From the NCBI GenBank assembly GCA_964201945.1, contig CAXNIC010000001.1, forward strand, positions 1 to 60,980: a stretch of 60,980 nt of DNA, written 5' to 3'. Below the pieces are notes generated by a model. The model was given only the letters and a program-made list of their open reading frames with translations, was not told the DNA's origin and did no database searches. Made by a program: the position numbers and the translations under genes. Source of the stretch: Alphaproteobacteria bacterium (GTDB taxonomy: Bacteria; Pseudomonadota; Alphaproteobacteria; SHVZ01). The stretch's first letter is position 1. Each line of letters starts with the position of its first letter. Shown one piece after another: positions 1 through 9,640 of the stretch.

Positions 1-1
1 C

Positions 2-790
2 GTCCTCTTCTGGACCCTGGCGCCGCTCTACAACATGGCGATCATGTCGATCACGCCGATCAACGCCATCTTCGCCGGCAAGCTCTGGCCGGACAATCCG
101 ACGCTGGCGAACTACGGCATCGTCTTCCGCCAGGAGAACCACTACCTCAAATTTTTCTGGCTCCAGCTCTGGAACAGCGTGCTGATCGCGGGCGGCAGCA
201 TGATCATCGTGCTGGTGATCGCCACGCTTGCCAGCTTCGCCGTCGGCCGACTCAAGCTCCGCTTCGGCCCCTTCGTCAACAACCTGGCGCTGGCGACGTA
301 CCTGATCCCGGCCGCCTTCCTCGCCATCCCGTTCTACCAGGTGCTGGGCGCCTACAACCTGCTCGACAGCCAGTGGGGCCTGATCTTCGCCGTCGTCACC
401 TTCACCACGCCCTATGCCATCTGGGTCTTGCGCAACTATGCCGACAGCATCCCGTTCGAGCTCGACGAGGCGGCGATGGTCGACGGCGCCAATCGCTGGC
501 AGATCTTCTGCCTCGTCTACCTGCCGCTGATCCGCCCGGCGATGATCGCCGTGGGCACCTTCGCGCTTCTGCACGCCTGGAACGAGTATCTCTACGCCTT
601 CCTGATCCTCTCCCACGAAACCCGCATCACGCTCACCGTCACGCTCGGCCTCTTCCGCTCGGACGACGCCGCACCCTGGCCGCTGCTGATGACCGTCGGC
701 ATCCTCTACTCGATCCCGCCTGCGGCGCTCTACTTCATGGTGAGGAAGTACATGGTGACGGGCTTGACATCCGGCGGCGTGAAGGACTGA
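2..790 (+). CDS. ABC transporter permease, carbohydrate (MalG/CUT1-like) type; 5' end lies outside the window
   Basis: Track ORF 35..790 stays open back to nt 2. Multi-TM hydrophobic profile. EAA loop FELDEAAMVDGANRWQIFCLVYLPLIRPA typical of binding-protein-dependent permeases. Confidence 0.85.
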   Translation, partial: VLFWTLAPLYNMAIMSITPINAIFAGKLWPDNPTLANYGIVFRQENHYLKFFWLQLWNSVLIAGGSMIIVLVIATLASFAVGRLKLRFGPFVNNLALATYLIPAAFLAIPFYQVLGAYNLLDSQWGLIFAVVTFTTPYAIWVLRNYADSIPFELDEAAMVDGANRWQIFCLVYLPLIRPAMIAVGTFALLHAWNEYLYAFLILSHETRITLTVTLGLFRSDDAAPWPLLMTVGILYSIPPAALYFMVRKYMVTGLTSGGVKD

Positions 791-813
791 GCGGTCGATG
801 GGACGGAGTACAG

Positions 814-909
814 CCCCCCACCCTGCCCTCCCCCACGCTCCGCGGGGGGAGGGTTCCGACGTCGCGCTCCCTCCCTCCGCGGAGCGTGGGGGAGGGTTGG
901 GGTGGGGGG
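814..909. repeat. Imperfect ~33-bp inverted repeat (REP/MITE-like G/C-rich palindrome) filling the intergenic gap
   Basis: CCCCCCACCCTGCCCTCCCCCACGCTCCGCGG (814-845) pairs with CCGCGGAGCGTGGGGGAGGGTTGGGGTGGGGGG (877-909). Inner GGGGAGGG/CCCTCCCT pairing lies in the loop. Confidence 0.7.
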
Positions 910-922
910 CGAGACTCGATCC

Positions 923-1819
923 ATGAGCTTGTTTGCGCCGCCGCAGGATCTCCCGACCTCGCTCTTCGTCAGCGTCGTCGACACCCTCGGCCTGAAGGCA
1001 GGCGCCGACACGCCGCACTCCTTTCTCGAAGGCCCGTCCTTCGACCGCGACGGCAATCTCTATGTCGTGAATGCGCCTGCGGGGCAGATCCTGCGCATCC
1101 GTCCGGACAAGCGCATCGACATCGCCGCCCACTACGACGGCATTCCCAACGGCCTCAAGATCCACAAGTCGGGCGAGATCTTCATCGCCGACCGCCAGAA
1201 CGGCATCATGCAGATGGACCCGGTCTCCGGAAAGGTCACGACCTTCCTCGGCCGCGACAAGCTGATGCCCGACTACAAGGGCGTGAACGACCTGTTCTTC
1301 CGCTCCAACGGCGATCTCTACTTCACCGACCAGGGCTCGACCGATCTCCGCAACCCGACCGGCCGGGTCTTCCGCTACTCCGCCGCGGGCAAGCTCGATC
1401 TGCTGCTGAACAACGTGCCGAGCCCGAACGGCATCGTCATGAACCCGGCGGAAACGCATCTCTTCATTGCCGTCACCTTCGGCCCGCAGGTCTGGCGCTG
1501 CGGCATCCTCGCCGACGGCAGCGTCGACCGGCTCGGCGCCTTCCAGACCTTCTCCGGCGGCTACAGCGGCCCCGACGGCCTCGCCATGGACGAGACCGGC
1601 GGGCTCGCCGTCGCCGTCAACCGGATGGGATCGGTGTTCCTGTTCGACCGGCAGGGCGAGCCCACATATCGCGTGCGCTCATGCGCCGGGTTGATGACGA
1701 CCAACCTCGCCTTCGGCGGCCCCGACCTGAAGCGGCTCTACATCACCGAGTCCGAGACCGGATCGATCCTGGTCGCCGACGTGCCGGTCAGGGGCCAGGC
1801 GATGTTCGGGGCGATGTAG
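923..1819 (+). CDS. SMP-30/gluconolactonase/LRE-family beta-propeller hydrolase
   Basis: Repeated propeller segments (NGDLYFTDQG, SPNGIVMNP, GPDGLAMDETG, NLAFGGPDLKRLYIT). ATG 923 preferred because the 902 track start lies inside the palindrome. Confidence 0.8.
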   Translation: MSLFAPPQDLPTSLFVSVVDTLGLKAGADTPHSFLEGPSFDRDGNLYVVNAPAGQILRIRPDKRIDIAAHYDGIPNGLKIHKSGEIFIADRQNGIMQMDPVSGKVTTFLGRDKLMPDYKGVNDLFFRSNGDLYFTDQGSTDLRNPTGRVFRYSAAGKLDLLLNNVPSPNGIVMNPAETHLFIAVTFGPQVWRCGILADGSVDRLGAFQTFSGGYSGPDGLAMDETGGLAVAVNRMGSVFLFDRQGEPTYRVRSCAGLMTTNLAFGGPDLKRLYITESETGSILVADVPVRGQAMFGAM

Positions 1820-1828
1820 CCCCGCCGC

Positions 1829-2608
1829 CTACTCCTTGTAGCCGGGCTCGCTCTCGTCCAGCGTCGCCAGCAGCGACGGCCAGGCCATCTCCGAGTGCTT
1901 CAGCGTCGAGTTACGGAAGAACTCGCCGAAGAACACGCAGGTCTCGTCGCTCATCCGGCGCACCTTGGCGCCGCCGGACTGCGCGGCGATCTGGGCGGCG
2001 CAGGCGCGCTCCAGCGTGTGCATGACCTTGAACGCCTCGGCGACGGTGCGCCCGGTGGTGAGCAGCCCGTGGTTCCGCATCATCAGCGCCCGGTGCGGGC
2101 CGAGATCGCCCGCCAGGATCTCGCGGCCCTCGACGCCCGCTTCCATGTGCTCGATGTCGTGGTAGCCGAGATTGCCGTAGAAGAAGGCCGAGTGCTGGCT
2201 CGCCATCAGGAGGCCTTCCTCCTGCATCGACACGCCCATGCCGGCGATCGTGTGCGTGTGGAAGACGCAGATCGCTTCCTCGTTCCGCATATGGATCGCC
2301 GAATGGATGACGAAGCCCGCCGGGTTCACCGGATAGGGGCTCTCCTGGATCTTGCGGCCGTCCTGGTCGATCTTGACCAGGCTGGACGCCGTCACCTGCT
2401 GGAACAGGAGCCCGTGCGGGTTGATCAGGAAGTGGTGCTGGCCCGCCGGTGCCGCCACCCGGGCCGAGATGTGCGTGCCGATCAGGTCGACCCAGCCGTA
2501 ACGGGCCGCAAGGCGGTAGCAGGCGGCGAGATCGACCCGCATCTTCCACTCCTCGGCGGAGACATGGGCCTTCATCGAGCGGACCTGCGGCAGCATGGTG
2601 TCGGGCAT
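1829..2608 (-). CDS. Class II aldolase/adducin-domain protein
   Basis: HSAIHMRNEEAICVFHTHT metal-His pattern. ATG 2608 (MPDTMLPQ..) preceded by AGGAGAA. The upstream part of track ORF 1829..2824 is Arg/Gly-rich junk. Confidence 0.8.
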   Translation of the reverse strand: MPDTMLPQVRSMKAHVSAEEWKMRVDLAACYRLAARYGWVDLIGTHISARVAAPAGQHHFLINPHGLLFQQVTASSLVKIDQDGRKIQESPYPVNPAGFVIHSAIHMRNEEAICVFHTHTIAGMGVSMQEEGLLMASQHSAFFYGNLGYHDIEHMEAGVEGREILAGDLGPHRALMMRNHGLLTTGRTVAEAFKVMHTLERACAAQIAAQSGGAKVRRMSDETCVFFGEFFRNSTLKHSEMAWPSLLATLDESEPGYKE

Positions 2609-2687
2609 GGGGGAATTCTCCTGGCGGCGGATGCAGCGATGATAGAGCGGATTTTCCGATAGGGAAATAACGACCCGGCATCTCGAC

Positions 2688-3950
2688 ATGATCGCTCGAA
2701 TCTCCGACGCTCGTCGACCCATGAGCGCCTCGACCGACCCGGTTTCCCCCCCGCGAGCCGTCGCCTCTCCCCGCATCCCCCCGCTCGTCTGGGTGCTGGG
2801 CTGGGTCTCGCTCCTCACCGACATCTCGTCCGAGATGATCCTGGCCGTTCTGCCGGTCTATCTCGGTACGGTCATGGGTGTGTCGACGGCGACCATCGGG
2901 CTGATCGAGGGGGTGGCCGAGGCGACCGCGGCGGTAGTGCGGGTGTTCTCCGGCGCCATCGGCGACCGGCTCGGGCGCTACAAGGCGCTGGTGGTGCTGG
3001 GCTACGGCCTCTCCTCGGTGAGCAAGATCGTCTTCCCGCTGGCCGGTACGCCGATGCCGATCTTCGCCGCCCGCATCATCGACCGCGTCGGCAAGGGGCT
3101 CCGCACCTCGCCCCGCGACGCGATGATCGCACGTGCCACGCCAGAGGCGATCCGCGGCCAGGCCTTCGGGCTCCGCCAGTCGCTGGACACGCTGGGCGCC
3201 GTCTTCGGCCCGCTTCTGGCGATCCTGATCCTCGGAGTCACCCACAACGACTTCCAGCTCCTCTTCTGGATCGCCTTCGTGCCGGGCGTGCTGGCCACCA
3301 TCGTGCTGGTCCGCATCGCCGAGGAGCCTCAGGGCGGGGCCGCCCCGCTCACGCGCGTGCCGCTGACGCGGGCCGACCTCGCCGGCCTCGGCCGTGTCTT
3401 CTGGTGGATCGCCATCGGCGCCGCGCTGCTCACCTTCGGCCGCGGCGCCAAGGCCTTCCTGGTGCTGAGGGCGGAGAACCTGGGCACGCCGATCTGGCTG
3501 GTGCCGATCGTCTTCGTCATCATGAACACGGTCTACGCGGCCGCCGCATATCCGGTCGGCTGGCTGTCTGACCGCATGGACCGGCGCCGGCTTCTGGCGC
3601 TCGGCATCGTCGTCCTGATCGCAAGCGATCTGCTGCTGGCGGTCGCCGAGGGGCCGTGGGTCGGCCTCGCCGGCGTGGTGCTGTGGGGCCTCCATTTCGG
3701 CCTGACCCAGGGGGTGCTGGCGACGCTGGTGGTGGACTCCGCCCCCGAACCCCTGCGCGGCACCGCCTTCGGCGTCTTCAGCCTGCTCTCAGGATTCGCG
3801 CTGGTGACCTCGGGCGCGCTCGGCGGCCTGGTCTGGGACATCTGGGGCCCGGCGACGCTGTTCTGGCTGGCGACTGCAGCCGCGGTGCTGTCGCTGGGGA
3901 TGGCATGGAAGCCGCCGACGCCGATTGGGAGCGTCACCGTTCCGCGTTAG
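2688..3950 (+). CDS. MFS transporter
   Basis: 12-TM-like profile. MFS motif-A-like loops GDRLGRYK and SDRMDRRR. Start could also be the internal Met at 2721. Confidence 0.8.
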   Translation: MIARISDARRPMSASTDPVSPPRAVASPRIPPLVWVLGWVSLLTDISSEMILAVLPVYLGTVMGVSTATIGLIEGVAEATAAVVRVFSGAIGDRLGRYKALVVLGYGLSSVSKIVFPLAGTPMPIFAARIIDRVGKGLRTSPRDAMIARATPEAIRGQAFGLRQSLDTLGAVFGPLLAILILGVTHNDFQLLFWIAFVPGVLATIVLVRIAEEPQGGAAPLTRVPLTRADLAGLGRVFWWIAIGAALLTFGRGAKAFLVLRAENLGTPIWLVPIVFVIMNTVYAAAAYPVGWLSDRMDRRRLLALGIVVLIASDLLLAVAEGPWVGLAGVVLWGLHFGLTQGVLATLVVDSAPEPLRGTAFGVFSLLSGFALVTSGALGGLVWDIWGPATLFWLATAAAVLSLGMAWKPPTPIGSVTVPR

Positions 3951-3960
3951 AGTCGGCCCC

Positions 3961-5409
3961 ATGAGTCCCCCCAAGGTCATCCTCGTCGTCTTCGACGGCC
4001 TGCGTCCGGACATGGTGGTGCCGGAGCTGGCACCGAACCTGGTCCGCTTCGCCGATGGCGGTAGCCGCTTTCCCTTGAGCCGGGCGGTGTTCCCGACCGA
4101 GACCCGGGTCAACACGGCAGCGCTGGTCACCGGCTGCCGGCCGGCGCGCCACGGCATCGTCGCCAACCAGTTCCATGCGGCGGACGCGGTCGCCGGGCGG
4201 CCGCTCAACACCGGACAGGCCGAGGATCTGCTGGCCCTGGATGCCGTCTCGGGCGGCCAGCTCCTCGGCCAGCCCTCGCTCGGCGAGCGGCTGGCGGCGG
4301 CGGGGAAGACGCTCGCGGTCGTCTCCGCCGGCTCGACCGGCTCCGGCCTTCTGCTGCACCATCGCGCCGAACCGCTCGGCCAGTTCCGCTGGTCCTCGCA
4401 CGGTCCGCAATACTCGACGCCGTCTGCGCTCCCCGCCTTCGCCCGCTTCGGCGAGGTGCCGAAGGCCGCGCTTCCCAACACCGCCCGCATCGACCAGGCG
4501 ATGACCGTGTTCATCGAGCAGGTGCTGGGCGGGGTCGGACCGGACGTCGCCCTCTTCTGGTCGTCGGACCCGGACTCGACTTACCATTACCGCGGCATCG
4601 GCTCGCCCGAGGCCAAGGCCGCGATCCGCGGCGCCGACGCCGCCTTCGGCCGGCTCTTGGCATGGTGGGAGGAGACCGGCGCCGCCGCCGGCACGCAGAT
4701 CATCTGCCTCTCCGACCACGGCCACATCACCGGGCGCGAGAAGCTGGAGACCGGCGACCTGCTGCGCGGCGCCGGCTTCAAGGCCGGACCGGCGCTGGAC
4801 GCCGACACCGACGTCGCGATCACGCCCGGCGCTCCGGTCGGTCTCGTCTGCCGCGACCCGGCGGCACTCGGTCGCGTCGCCGCCTGGATCGTCGAGCAAC
4901 CCTGGTGCGGCCTGCTGTTCTCGAAATCGAGGAATGAGATCGAGGGCGAGGCGGCCGGCTCCTTCGCCATGTCGCTGGCCGCCGTCGACCATGCCCGCGC
5001 GCCGCACCTCTTCTTCACCTTCGGCGACGACGACGAGACCGACGCCAACGGCATCACCGGCACCGGCCTCTACGACAACAAGCTGCCGCTGCTGGGCGGC
5101 ATCCATGGCGGCCTGCATCCGCGCGAGCTCAACAACGTTCTGATCGCCGGCGGCGACGCCTTCCGCGAAGGCTACGGCTCGCCGTTTGCCGCCGGCATCA
5201 TCGACGTGCTGCCGACCGTGCTGCATCTTCTCGGCGTGCCGGCGAAGGGCGTCGACGGCCGCGTCCTGGTCGAAGCGATGAGCCGAGGCGCCACGCCCGG
5301 CGAGGCCCGCAAGGTCAGCCACGAGGTCAGAAGTGGCGCCTATGCCCGCCGGCTCGACCGGCACCTGACCGGAACCACCCCTTACCTGGATGGCGGACAT
5401 GCCGCGTGA
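3961..5409 (+). CDS. Alkaline-phosphatase-superfamily phosphodiesterase (nucleotide pyrophosphatase/phosphodiesterase, NPP type)
   Basis: VVFDGLRPDMV, FPTETRVNTAALVTG (nucleophile Thr region), LSDHGHI metal site. ATG 3961 (MSPPKVILVV) lies 10 nt after the MFS stop. Confidence 0.8.
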   Translation: MSPPKVILVVFDGLRPDMVVPELAPNLVRFADGGSRFPLSRAVFPTETRVNTAALVTGCRPARHGIVANQFHAADAVAGRPLNTGQAEDLLALDAVSGGQLLGQPSLGERLAAAGKTLAVVSAGSTGSGLLLHHRAEPLGQFRWSSHGPQYSTPSALPAFARFGEVPKAALPNTARIDQAMTVFIEQVLGGVGPDVALFWSSDPDSTYHYRGIGSPEAKAAIRGADAAFGRLLAWWEETGAAAGTQIICLSDHGHITGREKLETGDLLRGAGFKAGPALDADTDVAITPGAPVGLVCRDPAALGRVAAWIVEQPWCGLLFSKSRNEIEGEAAGSFAMSLAAVDHARAPHLFFTFGDDDETDANGITGTGLYDNKLPLLGGIHGGLHPRELNNVLIAGGDAFREGYGSPFAAGIIDVLPTVLHLLGVPAKGVDGRVLVEAMSRGATPGEARKVSHEVRSGAYARRLDRHLTGTTPYLDGGHAA

Positions 5410-6163
5410 TCTTCCCTGGGTGCCGCAGATCTCGTCCCATCGCGGCGGCGCGCTGATCTGGCCGGAGAACTCGCCGACCGCCTTTCGCCGTTCGGCCCGC
5501 CTCCCCGTCGCCTCGATCGAGACCGATGTGCATCTATCGCGCGACGGACGCCTGGTGATCCATCACGACGCCACCCTGCAGCGCACCACCACCGGCCGGG
5601 GCCCGGTGCGCGCGCATGCCTTCGCCGCCTTGCGCAAGCGCACACTGAAGCGCACGCGGGGCGAGCGCATCCCGACGCTGAGAGAGGTGATCCGGCTGAT
5701 CCGCCGCAGTCCGCGCGACCTCCGCCTCGAGATCAAGACCGACGGACAGAAGCGCCGCTATCCGGGGATCGAACGCAAGGTCGCGGCCGAGCTCCGCCGC
5801 GCGCATTTCCTCAAGCGCACGGTGGTGACCTCCTTCGACTGGACCCAGCTCCACCTCTTCCGTCGCCATGGCCGGCCGAAGGGCTTCGTGGCGCTGGTGC
5901 GCGACACCTGGTTCAAGGAGGTCGGCCTGAAGGGCCTGGTGCCTGCGATGGCCAAGGGCGGCTTCGCCGAGGCCTCGATCCCGTCGGCCTTCGTCACGCC
6001 GCAAATGGTGAAGGAAGCGCACGAGAAGGGCCTTCGCCTCGGCGCCTACCGCGTCAGGACCGAGGCCGATCATCTCCGCGTGCTCGCCGCCCAGGTCTCC
6101 ACCTTCACCACCGACCGCCCCGACATCGCCATCCGCCGGCGCCGCGAGATGTACGGCAGCTAG
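5390..6163 (+). CDS. Glycerophosphodiester phosphodiesterase (GDPD) family protein
   Basis: SSHRGG..WPENS..ETDVHLSRDGRLVIHHD catalytic pattern. Overlaps the NPP gene by 20 nt (same-strand coupling). Confidence 0.85.
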   Translation: MADMPRDLPWVPQISSHRGGALIWPENSPTAFRRSARLPVASIETDVHLSRDGRLVIHHDATLQRTTTGRGPVRAHAFAALRKRTLKRTRGERIPTLREVIRLIRRSPRDLRLEIKTDGQKRRYPGIERKVAAELRRAHFLKRTVVTSFDWTQLHLFRRHGRPKGFVALVRDTWFKEVGLKGLVPAMAKGGFAEASIPSAFVTPQMVKEAHEKGLRLGAYRVRTEADHLRVLAAQVSTFTTDRPDIAIRRRREMYGS

Positions 6164-7032
6164 CGTAGCGTCGGATCCAGACGGTCGCGGAGCCAGTCGC
6201 CGACCAGGCTGATCGAGAGCGTGGTGATGAAGATCACCGTGCCCGGCAGCACCGAGATCCACCAGGCGGTCAGAAGGAAGCGCCGGCCGGAGCCCAGCAT
6301 CAGGCCTAAGCTTGTCATCGGCGGCTGCACGCCCATGCCGAGGAAGCTGAGCGAGGCTTCCAGCAGGATCGTCTCCGGGAAGTTCAGGCTGAACTGCACC
6401 ATCAGGGCTGCGGCGATGTTCGGCAGGATGTGCCGCGAATAGACATAGACCGGCGGCGCGCCGAGGCCGCGGATGGCGACCGCATAGCCATGGCCGTTGG
6501 CCGAATGCACCAGGCCGCGCACCAGGCGGGCATAGTTGTCCCAGCCCTGCAGCCCGATGAGGATCACCACCAGGCCGAAGCTGGACCCGAGGAAAGCCAG
6601 CGTCGCCAGCGCGATGACGATGAAGGGGATCGAGGACTGCCAGTCGACCAGCATCATGATCGTGTCTTCGACGATGCCGCGGAAATGGGCGGCGACGAAG
6701 CCCAGCAGCGTGCCGAGGATGGCGCCGATCAACGAGCCCATGATGGCGACCAGCATGGAGGTGCGGATGGCGTAGATGAGCCGGCTGTAGAGATCGCGGC
6801 CGAGCTCGTCGGTGCCCAGCAGGAACTGCGGCGGCCCGCCCAGGAGCGCCGGCCGCTTCAGCCGGTTGGTCAGGTCCTGGGCGGTGACATCGTGCGTCGC
6901 GATCAGGTCGGCGAAGAGGAAGACGAAGACCATCAGGCCGAGGAATCCCAGCGACAGCCCGACCATGAAGGGGACGCGGCGAAGGCCGCGGAAGAACTGG
7001 CTGGTGCGGGTCGGCCGGACCGCGACGGTCAT
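6160..7032 (-). CDS. Peptide/nickel-type (Dpp/Opp family) ABC transporter permease, DppC-like
   Basis: MTVAVRP.. start at 7032 overlaps the upstream stop (ATGA). Multi-TM profile. C-terminal DWLRDRLDP. The 5' part of track ORF 6160..7488 is off-gene. Confidence 0.9.
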   Translation of the reverse strand: MTVAVRPTRTSQFFRGLRRVPFMVGLSLGFLGLMVFVFLFADLIATHDVTAQDLTNRLKRPALLGGPPQFLLGTDELGRDLYSRLIYAIRTSMLVAIMGSLIGAILGTLLGFVAAHFRGIVEDTIMMLVDWQSSIPFIVIALATLAFLGSSFGLVVILIGLQGWDNYARLVRGLVHSANGHGYAVAIRGLGAPPVYVYSRHILPNIAAALMVQFSLNFPETILLEASLSFLGMGVQPPMTSLGLMLGSGRRFLLTAWWISVLPGTVIFITTLSISLVGDWLRDRLDPTLR

Positions 7033-7967
7033 GGCTCTCGCCGCTCCCCGGCGACCCGGATGCGCGGGTCGATCCAGCCATAGGCGAGGTCGACCGCGAG
7101 GTTGGCGGCGATCATCGCCAGCGCCGTCATCAGCACCAGCGCCTGCACCACGGCGAGATCGCGGGCGGCGACGGCGGAGATCATCAGACGGCCGACGCCC
7201 GGCCAGGCGAACACGGTCTCGACGATGATGGCGCCGGCGACCAGGTGGCCGATGCGGAAGCCCAGATGCGTCACCACCGGGATGGCGGCGTTCGGCAGCG
7301 CGTGCCGGTAGAGCCGGCGCTGGTGCGGCACGCCCTTGGCCTTGGCCGTCCGCATGAAGTTCCGGTTCAGCACTTCCAGCATCGCCGAGCGGGTGAAGCG
7401 GGCGATGCCGCCGGCATGCGCGGTGCCGAGCGTGAACGCCGGCATGATCAGGTGCCAGAGCGTCTCGCTGCCCGAACTCGGCAGCCAACGGAGATGCAGC
7501 GAGAACAGCAGGATCAGCAGGATGCCGAGGAAGAAGTTCGGCAGCGAATATCCCAGGACCGCGAAGGTCATGGCGAAGCGGTCGATGGCGGTGCCGCGCT
7601 TCAGCGCCGCGAAGATGCCGAGCGGGATGCCGATCGAAAGCGACAGGATCAGCGCCACCAGGCCGAGATAGAGGGTGATCGGCAGCCGCTCCAGCACCAC
7701 GTCGAGGGCCGGGCGGTTGTCCTTGAACGAGCGGCCGAGATCGCCGGCGGCGAGGCTGGCGGTGTAGCGCAGGAACTGCTCGGGCAGCGGCCGGTCGAGG
7801 CCGAGGGCCACCTGGTAACGCTCGACCACCTCGGGCGGCGCATCGTCGCCGGCCATCACCTGTGCGGGGTCGCCGGCGAGGCGAAGGATGACGAAGATGA
7901 ACCCGACCACCAGCAGCATGGTCAGGACGGCCCGGCCGAGGCGGGTGGCGAAGAAGCGGAGGTTCAC
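7029..7967 (-). CDS. Peptide/nickel-type ABC transporter permease, DppB-like
   Basis: N-terminal ..FIFVILRLAGDPAQVM.. hallmark of DppB/OppB. GTG 7967 overlaps the GDPD stop (GTGA). Confidence 0.9.
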   Translation of the reverse strand: MNLRFFATRLGRAVLTMLLVVGFIFVILRLAGDPAQVMAGDDAPPEVVERYQVALGLDRPLPEQFLRYTASLAAGDLGRSFKDNRPALDVVLERLPITLYLGLVALILSLSIGIPLGIFAALKRGTAIDRFAMTFAVLGYSLPNFFLGILLILLFSLHLRWLPSSGSETLWHLIMPAFTLGTAHAGGIARFTRSAMLEVLNRNFMRTAKAKGVPHQRRLYRHALPNAAIPVVTHLGFRIGHLVAGAIIVETVFAWPGVGRLMISAVAARDLAVVQALVLMTALAMIAANLAVDLAYGWIDPRIRVAGERREP

Positions 7968-8668
7968 CCGCCGAGGCCCGACCTCACGGCGACCGCCTGC
8001 GCCGGATCGTTGACGATGACGCCATCGGCACCGTCGGCGTAGAGGCGTTTCAAGCCTGTCGTATTGATCTCGCCGGTGCCGCCGCCGCCGCGGCCGCCGG
8101 CGGTGATCCAGACCTCATGCTTGCCGCTCTTGGCCATCTCGATGCCGGCGCGGGTGGCCTCGGCCTCCCAGAGCCGTCCGATGGCGCCGCCCGCGGCATA
8201 GAAGGCCGGGAGATCGGAGGGCTGGCGCAGCAGGCCGAGCAGGGTCGCCTCCGGGCAAAGCCGCTGCACGACCGGCACCAGAGCGAGGGCACGGACGCCG
8301 GCGAAGACATCCTCTCCCATGCCGAGGTCGTTCACCACGGCGAAACCCGGCGCCAGCCCGGCCTCGGTGGTCAGCTTGAGGTCGAGCATGACCCGGATGC
8401 GTCCGCGCACGGCCTCGAGCACGGTCGCCAGCCGCTCGATGCCGAGACGCTCGAGGTCGGCGGCATCGACGTCGGCGATGGTCTCCGGGCGATCGTTCAG
8501 CCGCTTCAGATCGGGATCATGGCTGCACATGGGAACGCCGTCGCGCGAGAGCCTGACATCGGTCTCGATCGCGTCTGCACCGGCGGCGATCGCCGCCTCG
8601 AAGGCCTTCAGCGAGTTCTCGGGATGTCTGGTCGAGAAGCCGCGATGGGCGATGACGAGGGCCGGCAT
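7964..8668 (-). CDS. Glycerophosphodiester phosphodiesterase (GDPD) family protein embedded in the ABC operon
   Basis: VIAHRGFS..PENS..ETDVRLSRDGVPMCSHD. ATG 8668 directly abuts the ATPase stop (TGAATG). Confidence 0.85.
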   Translation of the reverse strand: MPALVIAHRGFSTRHPENSLKAFEAAIAAGADAIETDVRLSRDGVPMCSHDPDLKRLNDRPETIADVDAADLERLGIERLATVLEAVRGRIRVMLDLKLTTEAGLAPGFAVVNDLGMGEDVFAGVRALALVPVVQRLCPEATLLGLLRQPSDLPAFYAAGGAIGRLWEAEATRAGIEMAKSGKHEVWITAGGRGGGGTGEINTTGLKRLYADGADGVIVNDPAQAVAVRSGLGG

Positions 8669-9640
8669 TCAGATCTCTCCTTCGGCGACACGATGACAGG
8701 CCACGACGTGGCCGTCACTCTCCGCCAGCAGCTTCGGCACCTCGACCCGGCAGCGCTCGACCGCGAACGGGCAGCGCGGATGGAAGCGGCAGCCCTCCGG
8801 CGGCCGGGTCGGGCTCGGCGGCTCGCCTTTCGGCAGGCTGCGCTGGCCCCGCCTAGCCGGATCGGGAACCGGAACGGCGGCGATCAGGGCTCGCGTGTAG
8901 GGATGGCGCGGCCGCTCGAACAGCTCGTCGCGGCCGGCGATCTCGACGACGCTGCCGAGATACATGACGGCGATCCGTGCACAGATGTGCCGGACCACCG
9001 CGAGGTTATGGGAGATGAAGAGATAGGCGCAGCCATAGCGCTCCTGCAGCTCCGCCAGCAGGTTGACCACCTGGGCCTGGACCGAGACGTCGAGGGCGGA
9101 AACCGGCTCGTCGCAGACGATGAGCTGGGGCTCGAGCAGAAGCGCGCGGGCGATGACCACCCGCTGCTGCTGGCCGCCGGAGAGCTCGTGCGGATAGCGG
9201 TCGGCGAGACGCGCCGAGAGGCCGACGGCGTCCATCATCGCCAACGCCCGCTCCCTCCGGTCCGCCGGCGTGCCGAGGCCGTGGATCGCCAGGCCCTCGC
9301 CGATCTGCTCGCCGACCGCCATGCGCGGGTCCAGCGCGTTCAGCAGGTCCTGGTAGATCATCTGCATGCGCCGGCGGAGTTTCCGGAGCTGGACGGGCGT
9401 CAGGGTCGCGAGGTCGATCCCGTCGATGCGAACCTCGCCCGAGGTCGGCGCCAGCATCCCCAGCGCCAGGCGGCCGACGGTGGTCTTGCCGCAGCCGGAT
9501 TCCCCAACCAGGCCGAAACTCTCACGTGGCTGGACCGCGAAGCTGACGCCGTCGACGGCACGAACCTGCTGGGCGGGCGCGAGGAAACGCTTGATGCGGA
9601 AATGCCGGACGACGCCGGTGAGCTCGGCGACCGGAGTCAC
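8669..9640 (-). CDS. ABC transporter ATP-binding protein, DppF/OppF-like
   Basis: Walker A GESGCGKTT, signature LSGGQQQR, Walker B LIVCDEP, C-terminal GCRFHPRCP. GTG 9640 overlaps the upstream stop (GTGA), so the longer track ORF to 9778 is rejected. Confidence 0.9.
   Translation of the reverse strand: MTPVAELTGVVRHFRIKRFLAPAQQVRAVDGVSFAVQPRESFGLVGESGCGKTTVGRLALGMLAPTSGEVRIDGIDLATLTPVQLRKLRRRMQMIYQDLLNALDPRMAVGEQIGEGLAIHGLGTPADRRERALAMMDAVGLSARLADRYPHELSGGQQQRVVIARALLLEPQLIVCDEPVSALDVSVQAQVVNLLAELQERYGCAYLFISHNLAVVRHICARIAVMYLGSVVEIAGRDELFERPRHPYTRALIAAVPVPDPARRGQRSLPKGEPPSPTRPPEGCRFHPRCPFAVERCRVEVPKLLAESDGHVVACHRVAEGEI

Noticed and set aside
902-922. Track start at 902 for the SMP-30-like gene
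   Set aside because: It lies inside the right arm of the 814-909 palindrome (GGGTGGGGGG). ATG 923 gives a normal N-terminus.
373-3695. Long track ORFs 373..2025 (+, 550 aa) and 1911..3695 (-, 594 aa)
   Set aside because: The products are Arg/Pro/Gly/Ala-rich and low-complexity. They run off-frame or antisense to genes with clear family motifs (SMP-30, aldolase, MFS). This is the typical open-frame artefact of GC-rich DNA.
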